Program-made: the position numbers and the translations under genes | NCBI GenBank assembly: GCA_016292545.1 | Contig: JAEDIG010000001.1 | Coordinates: forward strand, 2,412-66,411 | Origin: Bacteroidaceae bacterium | Lineage (GTDB): Bacteria > Bacteroidota > Bacteroidia > Bacteroidales > Bacteroidaceae | Length of the DNA stretch: 64,000 nucleotides | Direction: 5' to 3' | Notes under the pieces: model-generated | What the model saw: only the letters and a program-made list of their open reading frames with translations | Told to the model about the DNA's origin: nothing | The model's database searches: none | Shown here: one piece after another, positions 19,324-30,740 of the stretch | Position numbering within the stretch: position 1 is the first letter of the stretch | How the letters are laid out: each line of letters opens with the position of its first letter

Positions 19324-21207
19324 ATGAATACACGGAATCTTAAAAAGGTTTTGCTCACGTTGGGGCTTTTCAATCTGCTCCCGTGGGTGTCTGTCATGGC
19401 AGGCAAGAAAGAGAAATGTGAAGTCAGTGAGATGCATCCTACCTTTTGGTGGGCAGGTATGCAGAATCCCAGATTGCAAGTGCTCATCTATGGCACGGGC
19501 CTTGATGGCATAGTGCCTGAACTCAAGGGAGCAGAGGGCATCAGCATCGATGAGGTGGTGGATGTGCCCAACAAGCACTACATCATTCTTTACCTCAACA
19601 CCAAGAATGCGCTCCCGCAGCAGTTCAGCATTCTGCTCAAGGACGGCAACAAAGTGGTGAAGACGCTCCCCTATGAACTGAGGAAAAGCAGTGTAGGCAG
19701 GGTGGAGAGCTTTGATGCCAGCGATGTGGTGTATCTGCTCATGCCCGACCGCTTTGCCACAGGCACAACCGATGCAGAGAAGAAGCAGATGTATGCCGGC
19801 ATGAAGGAAAGCAGCTGGGGACAGGAGGACATGGCCCGCCATGGAGGCGACCTCAAGGGGTTGACTGCACACCTCGACTATCTGCAGGATCTGGGAATCA
19901 CGGCTATATGGCCCACCCCCACATTGGTGAACGACATGCAGAAGGAAACATACCACGGCTATGCCATTACCAATTATTATGAAACCGACCCCCGGTTTGG
20001 CACCAACGAGGACTATTGCCGCTTTGTCAGCGAGGCACACAAGCGTGGCATCAAGGTAATCAAGGACATCGTCTTCAACCATTGCGGGTCGGAAAACTTC
20101 CTGTTCCGCGACAGACCTGCCGATGACTGGTTCTGCTACAACAGCCAGTACAATCAAACCACCTACAAGACAGGAGCTGTGGGCGATCCTCATGCCTCCG
20201 GGCACGACCGGAAGCTGGCCGTAGACGGCTGGTTTACGCAGTTCATGCCAGACTTCAACGGACGCAACCCTCTGGTGGCCGACTATCTCATCCAGGCCAG
20301 CATGTTCTGGATAGAGTATGCGGGAATCGACGGCATACGGCAGGACACCTATCCCTATAACGACTTCGACTTCATGCGCAGATGGTGTCTCGACATCGAA
20401 CGCCAATATCCCGGCTTCAACATCGTGGGTGAGACATGGATCAACAATGCCGTGGGTGTGAGCTATTGGCAGAAGGGAAGCCCGCTGGCAGCCCCCCGCA
20501 ATTCGGAACTGAAGACGGTGATGGATTTCCCGTTGATGTATATGCTCACCAGTTGTGTGGACGAGGAAAGCGACTCCTGGGACAATGGGTTTGCACGGCT
20601 GTATGAGCTTATGTCGATGGACCGTGTCTATGCCGACACGGGCCATCTGCTCACCTTCCTGGCCAATCATGACACCAACCGCTTCCAGCCCACCGAGGAG
20701 AAGGCCATGAATGTGACGCGCTACAAGCAGGCACTGACGCTGTTGCTCACGCTGCGTGGCATTCCCCAGCTTTATTATGGCGACGAGATAGGCATGTATG
20801 CCAACAAGAGTGTCAACGACGGTGCGCTCCGCCAGAACTTTCCTGGCGGATGGCCTGGTGACAAGAACAATGCCTTTACGGCCGACGGCAGAACCAAGTT
20901 GCAGGCCGAATACCATGATTTTACCCGGAAACTGCTGAACTGGCGCAAGGGAAACCGCGCGGTAGCATACGGAACACTGACTCATTTTCCTGTGCGCGAG
21001 GGTATATATGTATATGCCCGTCAGTGGGAAGGAAAGACTGTTACCGTGGTAATGAACGGTACCAAGGAACAGCAGCGCATAACCACCGACTATTATCGGG
21101 AAGTGATGCCCGCAAGCAAAGCACACGAGGTGCTGACGGGAACAGACGTGGAGATTGCAGACATGTTGCAGCTGGAGCCCAGGGAAATCATGATTCTGGA
21201 ATTCTGA
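19324..21207 (+). CDS. susA: GH13 neopullulanase/cyclomaltodextrinase-like alpha-amylase (SusA-like)
   Basis: GH13 conserved regions DIVFNHCG (I), GIDGIRQDT (II), VGETW (III), FLANHD (IV). Has a signal peptide. First gene of the sus-like operon. Confidence 0.88.
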   Translation: MNTRNLKKVLLTLGLFNLLPWVSVMAGKKEKCEVSEMHPTFWWAGMQNPRLQVLIYGTGLDGIVPELKGAEGISIDEVVDVPNKHYIILYLNTKNALPQQFSILLKDGNKVVKTLPYELRKSSVGRVESFDASDVVYLLMPDRFATGTTDAEKKQMYAGMKESSWGQEDMARHGGDLKGLTAHLDYLQDLGITAIWPTPTLVNDMQKETYHGYAITNYYETDPRFGTNEDYCRFVSEAHKRGIKVIKDIVFNHCGSENFLFRDRPADDWFCYNSQYNQTTYKTGAVGDPHASGHDRKLAVDGWFTQFMPDFNGRNPLVADYLIQASMFWIEYAGIDGIRQDTYPYNDFDFMRRWCLDIERQYPGFNIVGETWINNAVGVSYWQKGSPLAAPRNSELKTVMDFPLMYMLTSCVDEESDSWDNGFARLYELMSMDRVYADTGHLLTFLANHDTNRFQPTEEKAMNVTRYKQALTLLLTLRGIPQLYYGDEIGMYANKSVNDGALRQNFPGGWPGDKNNAFTADGRTKLQAEYHDFTRKLLNWRKGNRAVAYGTLTHFPVREGIYVYARQWEGKTVTVVMNGTKEQQRITTDYYREVMPASKAHEVLTGTDVEIADMLQLEPREIMILEF

Positions 21208-21217
21208 GTATTCATAA

Positions 21218-23377
<2,160 letters not shown>

Positions 23378-23405
23378 TTAATAAACAACTCTAAATCACA
23401 TCAAA

Positions 23406-26400
23406 ATGAAACAGAAACTCAAATTCAGGACATTGGCAACCCTGATTGCCATGTTCTTAGTGTCTGTCTCGGCATGGGCCCAGAACATCACGGTGAAGGG
23501 TCACGTGCAGGACGACATGGGTGAGCTTCCCGGTGTTGCCGTCAAGCAGAAGGGCACAAACAATGGTGTTTTCACTGACTTGAACGGGGATTTCACCCTC
23601 TCGGTTCCCAAAGGGGCCATGCTCGTAATCTCCTACATGGGCTATGTAACCCAGGAGGTTTTGGCCGCTCCCAAGATTAACGTCACCATGGTGGAGGACA
23701 CCAAGACGCTGCAGGAAACCGTGGTTATCGGTTACGGTAGCGTGAAGAAGGAGGACATGACGGGTGCTGTGGCCACCTTCAAGCCCGACGAGAAGAACCA
23801 TGGCATCATCACCAGTCCGCAGGAGCTCATCCAGGGCAAGGTGGCTGGTGTGAACGTCAACATGAGCAGCGGTGAGCCCGGTGCGGGTGCCCAGATTGTG
23901 ATTCGTGGCGGTGCTTCACTGAATGCCAGCACCAAGCCACTGATTGTCATCGACGGCATGGTGCTCGACAACAACGACATCAAGGGTATGAGCAATCCCC
24001 TGTCGCTGGTGAACCCAGCCGACATTGAGTCGTTCACCGTGCTGAAGGATGCCAGCGCCTGTGCTATCTACGGTAGCCGCGGTTCCAATGGTGTCATCCT
24101 CATCACCACCAAGAAGGGCCGCACGGGTGCTCCCGTGAAGGTGAGCTACAACGGTAGCCTGTCCTTCTCCACCAAGACAAAGACCATGGACGTGATGAAC
24201 GCCGGCGAGTATGTGTCTTTCGTGGAACGTTTCTATGGTAAGGGCAGCAATGCCTGGAACGCCCTGGGATGGAAGGAACGCGATGCCGACGGCAAGCCCA
24301 TCGAGAGCGCTGGAACATACGATACCAACTGGCAGGACGAGATTTTCCGCACGGCTGTGAGCCACGACCACAATGTGACCGTGCAGGGCGGTCTGAAGAC
24401 CAAGGATGCCAAGGTGTTTGCCATGCCCTACCGTGTGAGCCTGGGCTTCACAGGTCAGGAAGGTATCATCGAGAGCAGCGACTACAAGCGTTTCACCGCA
24501 GGCGTGAGCCTCAGCCCCGAATTCCTCGACAAGCACCTGACCTTCAACATCAACGGTAAGTTTGTGCAGAGCTGGACCAATCCTGGCAGTGCGCCCATCG
24601 GTGATGCCGTAAACATGGACCCCACACAGCCCGTCAAGAGCAGCGACCCCCGCTATGCCAACTTCGGCGGTTACTTTGAATGGCTGAAGGATGCAGGCTA
24701 CAACGATGCCAATTATCCCTATGCCACCAACGGTCCCAAGAACCCCGTGGAGCAGGTGGCCAAAGGACACAACACCTTCACCAAGGACTCCTGGGTGTTC
24801 CTCGGCAACGTGGAGGCTGCCTACAAGATTCATGGCCTGGAGGACCTGAGCCTTCACCTGAACCTGAGCGGAGAGTGGACCACGGGTAGCGAGACCACGG
24901 GTGACCTCTTCTACACCAGTGCCAACGGCACCAAGTATTATTGCCAGCCCCGCTACACCTCCTCCTGCGGCTATTATGGCTATGGAAAGTATAACACTGA
25001 GGACAAGCAGAACCAGCAGCTTCAGGCATACGCCAACTATGACCACACATGGAAGGATGCCCACCACCTGAACGTGATGGCCGGCTACGAATGGAGCAAG
25101 CTGAAGTATGACGGCTATGAGGACCACTACAGTTACCAGAACAGCGTCTACGGTGATTTCGGCACCAATCCCGGCAATTATCTCAATGCCAATGGTGAAC
25201 TGGACCTGCGCGACAGGGTGATTGACCCCTGGGGCAGTGAGAGCTACATCGTGTCGTTCTTCGGACGTGCCAACTACACTCTTCTCGATCGCTACCTCTT
25301 CACCTTCACCGGTCGTGGCGATGGTTCCAGCCGTTTTGCCAAGGGCAACAAGTGGGGCTTCTTCCCCTCAGCCGCCTTTGCATGGCGCATCAACGATGAG
25401 GCTTTCATGAAGGATGTAGATGGTGTGAGCGACATGAAACTGCGTCTGGGATGGGGTAAGACAGGTCAGCAGGACATCGGAAAGGACTTCTATTATCTGG
25501 CCACCTACACCAGCAATGTCAACGGCAACTACACCTATCCCATTGCCGGGCTGAATGGTTTCATGGCCAAGCCCAATGCCTATAACGATGAGATTCGCTG
25601 GGAGACCACCACTACCTACAACGTAGGTCTCGACCTTGGCTTCTTCAAACAGCGCCTCACTGTGGGTGTGGATGCCTATTACCGCAAGACCACCGACCTC
25701 TTCAACCTCAATACCGTGCCTACGGGCTCCAACTTCGACCGTACCGTCTACACCAATATCGGCGAGATGAGCAACCGTGGTGTGGAATTCCAGCTGACAG
25801 GCCGTCCCATCGTTACCAAGGACTGGTACTGGGAGATTGGCATGAACTTTGCCTACAACAAGAACCGTGTGGACGAACTCTATGGCGGCAACGACAAGGT
25901 AGACGGATGGGTGGACCACGAAGGTACGGTGAGCTGGCAGAAGGTGGGCAAGCCCACCAACAGCTTCTATGTGTACCAGCAAGTCTACGACGAGAAGGGA
26001 CTGCCCATCCAGGGTGTCTTTGTGGACCGCGACGGTGACGGAACCATCACCGAGAACGACAAGTATTGGTACAAGAGCATCAACCACCCCTGGAACTGTG
26101 GTCTGAGCACACGCGTGCAGTATAAGAACTGGGATCTGGGCATGAACCTGCGTGGTTCCTTCGGAGGCTACATCTACAACGATCTGGAGGCCGGACGTGT
26201 CAACTTGGCTGCCGTATGCCGCGACTACAACGGATGGTACAACCAGAATACCACGACAGACATTGAGAAGCTCAACTGGAACAGCTATCTCTATGGCCAC
26301 AGCGACTACTTCGTGCAGAATGCCAGCTATGTGCGCTGCGACAACATCACGCTGGGCTACAGCTTTGAGAACCTGTTCAAGAAGGGCAAGTACAATGGCA

Positions 26401-26546
26401 TCACAGGCCGCATCTCGGCCAGCGTGAGCAACGCCTTTGTCATCAGCAAGTACAAGGGTCTGGATCCTGAGCAGACCAGCGGTGCCGAGTCCAGCCTCTA
26501 TCCCCGTCCGCGCACCTATACCCTCAATCTGGGTCTGAATTTCTAG
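23406..26546 (+). CDS. susC: SusC-type TonB-dependent outer-membrane transporter
   Basis: 1046 aa. CarboxypepD_reg-like N-terminus (ITVKGHVQDDMGELPGVAV), plug region VVIGYGSVKKEDMTGAV, C-terminal ...YTLNLGLNF with terminal Phe. Confidence 0.95.
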   Translation: MKQKLKFRTLATLIAMFLVSVSAWAQNITVKGHVQDDMGELPGVAVKQKGTNNGVFTDLNGDFTLSVPKGAMLVISYMGYVTQEVLAAPKINVTMVEDTKTLQETVVIGYGSVKKEDMTGAVATFKPDEKNHGIITSPQELIQGKVAGVNVNMSSGEPGAGAQIVIRGGASLNASTKPLIVIDGMVLDNNDIKGMSNPLSLVNPADIESFTVLKDASACAIYGSRGSNGVILITTKKGRTGAPVKVSYNGSLSFSTKTKTMDVMNAGEYVSFVERFYGKGSNAWNALGWKERDADGKPIESAGTYDTNWQDEIFRTAVSHDHNVTVQGGLKTKDAKVFAMPYRVSLGFTGQEGIIESSDYKRFTAGVSLSPEFLDKHLTFNINGKFVQSWTNPGSAPIGDAVNMDPTQPVKSSDPRYANFGGYFEWLKDAGYNDANYPYATNGPKNPVEQVAKGHNTFTKDSWVFLGNVEAAYKIHGLEDLSLHLNLSGEWTTGSETTGDLFYTSANGTKYYCQPRYTSSCGYYGYGKYNTEDKQNQQLQAYANYDHTWKDAHHLNVMAGYEWSKLKYDGYEDHYSYQNSVYGDFGTNPGNYLNANGELDLRDRVIDPWGSESYIVSFFGRANYTLLDRYLFTFTGRGDGSSRFAKGNKWGFFPSAAFAWRINDEAFMKDVDGVSDMKLRLGWGKTGQQDIGKDFYYLATYTSNVNGNYTYPIAGLNGFMAKPNAYNDEIRWETTTTYNVGLDLGFFKQRLTVGVDAYYRKTTDLFNLNTVPTGSNFDRTVYTNIGEMSNRGVEFQLTGRPIVTKDWYWEIGMNFAYNKNRVDELYGGNDKVDGWVDHEGTVSWQKVGKPTNSFYVYQQVYDEKGLPIQGVFVDRDGDGTITENDKYWYKSINHPWNCGLSTRVQYKNWDLGMNLRGSFGGYIYNDLEAGRVNLAAVCRDYNGWYNQNTTTDIEKLNWNSYLYGHSDYFVQNASYVRCDNITLGYSFENLFKKGKYNGITGRISASVSNAFVISKYKGLDPEQTSGAESSLYPRPRTYTLNLGLNF

Positions 26547-26587
26547 GCGGAAAAGTGGTAACTAACAAATTTAAATCTTGAAACAAT

Positions 26588-28279
26588 ATGAAATTCAATA
26601 TATTCAAAACTATAGTCCCAATGGCGGCTCTCGTTGTGAGTGGTGCCTTTACCTCCTGCATAGGGGATCTGGACTTTGAGAGTGCGGCTGACACCAACGA
26701 CCCCGATATCAATCAGCCTTTCGACCCCAATCAGATGTACACCAAGTGCTATGCTTCGCTCATCATGGAAGGAAATGATGGCAATGCAGACTTCGACATT
26801 GATGACGGCGGCAAGAGTTGCCTGCTGCGCAACATCTACAATCTGGAGTGCCTGGGCACCGATGAGTCTATCTGCTGGTGGACCGATGGCGGATTGGTGA
26901 ACGTGTGCTACAACCAGTCAACCCCTGGCGATCAGGTGTTGAAGTTCATGTACTATCGCAGTATGTCCAACATCACCTATTGCAACCACTATCTCAACGA
27001 TGAGTCGTGCAAGAATCTGGGTGAAACCAAGTATGCCGAGGTCCGATGGATTCGTGCCTTCAACTACTATGTGCTGGCCAATGAGTTTGGCAATGTGCCT
27101 TTCCTGACCAAGATTTCGGGCGAGGCCGCCCCTCGTGCCACCCAGGCCGAGATGTACGATTGGCTCATCAGCGAGTTCACCGAGTGTGAGAAGAACCTGA
27201 TGGAGGCTGCCCCCAAGAAGGACAGCGACAAGGAAAGATACGGCCGTGTGGACAAAGCTGCCGCCTGGCTTATGCTGAGCCGTCTGTATCTCAATGGCAA
27301 GGTGTGGAAGGCAACTGTGGAGGATTTCGACTACGAGGCTGCACTCCAGCAATCCAAGGCATATGCCAAGAAGGTGCTGGATGCCGGCTACAAGCTGAGC
27401 GACGAAACATCTACCGTCACCGACAAACAGGCGGGCGTGATGTGTACCTATACGGGCTACGACAAGCTCTTTATGGCCGACAACGGCAGCAGCAGTGCTT
27501 ATGTGGAAGCCGTCCTGCCCCTGTTGCAGGATGCCGAGAAGACGCGTGGATGGGGTGGCACCCTGTTCTTCATGGCTGCCCATGCAGGTGCCGACCAGGA
27601 AACCGTTACGGGTCTGGACCGTGGCAATGTGGATGGCTGGCGCGGTATGCGTGTGCGCAAGCAACTGGTGGAGAAGTTCACCAATGCGCCTGAGGCATGG
27701 GAAGGCAAGACCTCCAAGGAAATCCGTGAGGTGGCAGGCGATGACCGTGCACTGTTCTGGGCCAAGGGCCACACTGTGCGCATTGCCCATAACGACAGGG
27801 ACGAGTCGTTCGACCAGGGCCTGATCATCACGAAGTTCAGCAACCGCCGCAGCGATGGTGAAATGTACAGCACAACGGGTGTGGATGGCGATTTCTTCCT
27901 GCTTCGTGCAGCAGAGGCATATCTCAACTATGCCGAGGCTGAGGCACGTCTGGCCGGTGGTACACTGGCAGCCGGCAGCGAAGGAGCCAAGTGTCTGGAC
28001 GCACTCCGTGCCCGTGCCCATTGCACCAAGAAAATTGGCACCTACACCCTCAACGACATTCTCGACGAGCGTGCCCGTGAGTTCTACTGCGAGGGCTATC
28101 GCCGCACCGACCTTATCCGCTTCGGACAGTTCGGCGGCAACGATGCCACCTATTCCTGGGACTGGAAGGGCGGTGTGGAGGCCGGGCAGGCATTCCCTGC
28201 TACACGCAACCTCTATCCAATCCCTGAGAGCGAGCTGCTGGCCAATCCTAACCTGAAGCAGAACGAGGGATACAATTAA
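26588..28279 (+). CDS. susD: SusD-family starch-binding outer-membrane lipoprotein
   Basis: Lipobox AFTSC. RAFNYYVLANEFGNVPF and the C-terminal YPIPESELLANPNLKQNEGY are typical of SusD/RagB. Lies immediately after susC. Confidence 0.9.
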   Translation: MKFNIFKTIVPMAALVVSGAFTSCIGDLDFESAADTNDPDINQPFDPNQMYTKCYASLIMEGNDGNADFDIDDGGKSCLLRNIYNLECLGTDESICWWTDGGLVNVCYNQSTPGDQVLKFMYYRSMSNITYCNHYLNDESCKNLGETKYAEVRWIRAFNYYVLANEFGNVPFLTKISGEAAPRATQAEMYDWLISEFTECEKNLMEAAPKKDSDKERYGRVDKAAAWLMLSRLYLNGKVWKATVEDFDYEAALQQSKAYAKKVLDAGYKLSDETSTVTDKQAGVMCTYTGYDKLFMADNGSSSAYVEAVLPLLQDAEKTRGWGGTLFFMAAHAGADQETVTGLDRGNVDGWRGMRVRKQLVEKFTNAPEAWEGKTSKEIREVAGDDRALFWAKGHTVRIAHNDRDESFDQGLIITKFSNRRSDGEMYSTTGVDGDFFLLRAAEAYLNYAEAEARLAGGTLAAGSEGAKCLDALRARAHCTKKIGTYTLNDILDERAREFYCEGYRRTDLIRFGQFGGNDATYSWDWKGGVEAGQAFPATRNLYPIPESELLANPNLKQNEGYN

Positions 28280-28314
28280 TTAATATATATTGTGAACACA
28301 TTGAGTCTAGAAAT

Positions 28315-29541
28315 ATGAAATTCAAGAATCTTTTATCATATATGGCCCTGGGGGCAGTGGTGGCAATGAGCAGTTGTACTGACGACAACGACTCCAACCC
28401 GACCCTCATCAAGCCTGCGGCTGGTTCGTTTGTGGTGTTCCAGCCCGAATTTGGAGAAAATGTGGTAGACCTCAGCCCGTCTGTGATGACGGCCGATGAT
28501 GGCATCACCCTGACATGGAACCAGCCCCGGTATACCGACAACGGAGCGCCCATCGGCAATCTGGCTGGTTCGGGCATCGTGTACAAGGTGTTGCTCTCGC
28601 CCTCCGGCAAGTTTACCAAGGCATACGACCCCACCAAGCTCAACGAGAAGGCCGGCAAGTATGAAGGCGATGCCGATTTCGACTATGTGACTATGGACAA
28701 CAAGTTCACGTCTACCGTCACCACCATCCTGGCCAAGGACCTCAACATGACGCTCAACCGCTGGAACCAGTTCAGCTCCCAGGCGACAACCGTATGGCAG
28801 GAAGGCGTGGACTGCGAAGCCCTCAAGGTGTATGTGAAGGTGGTGGCACGCATAGATGCCGGCATCGGAGGCACGGTGGATGGCAGCGAAGTGGAGTCGA
28901 ATGTGGTGACCATCAATGTGAAGCCCTACTACATGCTGCCTTACGACAAACCCACTCCCGAACCCATCTTCATGCCCGGCAACGGCAACGGATGGAACCA
29001 TGGTGTGTGTCCTGTGCTGGCTTGGGACGACGACAGGGATGCCCTCTGCGGCTATGCCTATATGGACGGTGAATTCAAGTTCACACCTCAGCCCAACTGG
29101 GATGCTGAGTACAATGGCAACAACTTTGAGCAGGGGCTCTGTTCGGACAACATCACGCTGAACGGTGGTGGCAACATCCAGTTCAACGGCGAACCGGGCA
29201 TGTACTTCCTTGAGGTGAATCTGGACAAGAAGTCGCTCATTGCCACTCCTTACGCATGGCATCTGGTGGGTGCTTTCAACGAGTGGAACCAGGCCGACGA
29301 CAGCCAGATTATGACCTACGACACCAGCGAGCACTGCCTGAAGTTCGAGAATGCCGGTGTGACAGCAGACGGCTGGAAGTTTGCAGCCAATGGCGGCTGG
29401 GATGTCAACCTGGGTGGTGATGTGGACAACCTGACGCAGGACGGAGCCAATCTCACTGTGGAAGGCACCACCATCCGTCTCTATCTGGAGCGTACCCAGG
29501 CAAACATGAACGATTTCAAGTACAGGTGTACCGTTGAATAA
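28315..29541 (+). CDS. SusE-like outer-membrane starch-binding lipoprotein
   Basis: Lipobox AMSSC. Position after susD. C-terminal starch-binding-module-like repeats (WHLVGAFNEWNQ...GWKFAANGGWDVNLGG). Confidence 0.7.
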   Translation: MKFKNLLSYMALGAVVAMSSCTDDNDSNPTLIKPAAGSFVVFQPEFGENVVDLSPSVMTADDGITLTWNQPRYTDNGAPIGNLAGSGIVYKVLLSPSGKFTKAYDPTKLNEKAGKYEGDADFDYVTMDNKFTSTVTTILAKDLNMTLNRWNQFSSQATTVWQEGVDCEALKVYVKVVARIDAGIGGTVDGSEVESNVVTINVKPYYMLPYDKPTPEPIFMPGNGNGWNHGVCPVLAWDDDRDALCGYAYMDGEFKFTPQPNWDAEYNGNNFEQGLCSDNITLNGGGNIQFNGEPGMYFLEVNLDKKSLIATPYAWHLVGAFNEWNQADDSQIMTYDTSEHCLKFENAGVTADGWKFAANGGWDVNLGGDVDNLTQDGANLTVEGTTIRLYLERTQANMNDFKYRCTVE

Positions 29542-29566
29542 TAACCCCTAAAACAAAGAAGACATT

Positions 29567-30655
29567 ATGAATAAGAAAATATTGTTTGTAGCTATGCTCG
29601 TTGCAGGACTCACCTCCTGCACCGAGGACTACACCGATTGGAAGCAGCCTGCGCAGAACACGCAGCAGGAGCAGAAGACCCAGGTGCTGAAGGTGACTCC
29701 CGTTGCCGAGGTGGTTGACCTGGAAACCGTTGAAACCGAAAGTGTCAAGGTGGTGGAGTTTGGTGAACTGGAAGGAGCCACCTTCGTAGAGGCCACCTTC
29801 AATGCCGTGCAGGGCGGCAAGACATTCGTTCTGCCCGTGGCCGAGGATGGAACCGTGAAGGTTGCCGACCTGAAGAAAGCCATCTCTTCCCTTTACAACC
29901 GCACCCGCGAGGTGCGCGATGTGACCGGAAAGGTGAAGGCTACGCTCAAGACGCTTCCCACCGAGGTGCAGCCCCAGGGGCTCACCGTCTATGTGGAGAC
30001 CGAGGCCGCTGTCACCTTCCGGGCCGTGTTGCCCGATGTGCCCACCTATTGCTTCCTCACGGGCAATCCCAACGGCTGGGCCACAGAGCCCAGTGTCCCC
30101 TTCATCCCAACGCTGGAGAACCAGAACGTGCAGACCCTGACCACCTATTTCAACAGTAGCTGGGACGGCAAGCTCTGGTATCGCGAGGACGTGGGCAACT
30201 GGGATGTGGCCATGGGTGCCGAGAAGGAAGAGCCCCTCACCGAGGGCAAGATCGTGTCGGAGAATGTGGGTTGTTTCTTTGCGCCCAGCGAAGGCTTCTA
30301 CACCATGACCATCGACATCAAGAACATGACCTATCGCTTCACCGAGTGTGAGGAGCAGTTCCCCGCAGAATACAGTAAGATTGGCCTCATTGGCGGCTTT
30401 AATGGTTGGGGCGGTGATTATGAACTGATTCAGGCCAACAAATCCCATGTATGGCACGCCTACGACTTCACGCTGGAAAGCGATTCCGAACTGAAGTTCC
30501 GTGCCAACGGCGGATGGGACATCAACTGGGGCAACGGCTCTGATTTCCCCTATGGAAAGGGTGTCCAGAATGGTGATAACCTCAAGGTGTCTGCCGGCAC
30601 CTACGACGTGTACTTCAACGACCTCACTGGTCAGTATCTGTTCATTGAGAAATAA
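29567..30655 (+). CDS. SusF-like outer-membrane starch-binding lipoprotein
   Basis: Lipobox GLTSC. Repeated CBM-like blocks (FLTGNPNGWA..., IGLIGGFNGWGGDY...LKFRANGGWDINWG). Confidence 0.65.
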   Translation: MNKKILFVAMLVAGLTSCTEDYTDWKQPAQNTQQEQKTQVLKVTPVAEVVDLETVETESVKVVEFGELEGATFVEATFNAVQGGKTFVLPVAEDGTVKVADLKKAISSLYNRTREVRDVTGKVKATLKTLPTEVQPQGLTVYVETEAAVTFRAVLPDVPTYCFLTGNPNGWATEPSVPFIPTLENQNVQTLTTYFNSSWDGKLWYREDVGNWDVAMGAEKEEPLTEGKIVSENVGCFFAPSEGFYTMTIDIKNMTYRFTECEEQFPAEYSKIGLIGGFNGWGGDYELIQANKSHVWHAYDFTLESDSELKFRANGGWDINWGNGSDFPYGKGVQNGDNLKVSAGTYDVYFNDLTGQYLFIEK

Positions 30656-30672
30656 GTTTTCATGGATACAGT

Positions 30673-30717
30673 CCTGCCTCGCCTTCCTTCTTTTTCCAAG
30701 GGAGGAGGGGAGGCAGG
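30673..30717 (+). terminator. Intra-operon stem-loop between the susF-like and amylase genes
   Basis: CCTGCCTC (30673-30680) pairs with GAGGCAGG (30710-30717). Further partial pairing (CCTTCC/GGGAGG) lies inside the loop. No clear U-tract. Confidence 0.4.
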
Positions 30718-30740
30718 ATGCCTATAAAACCACAACCACT

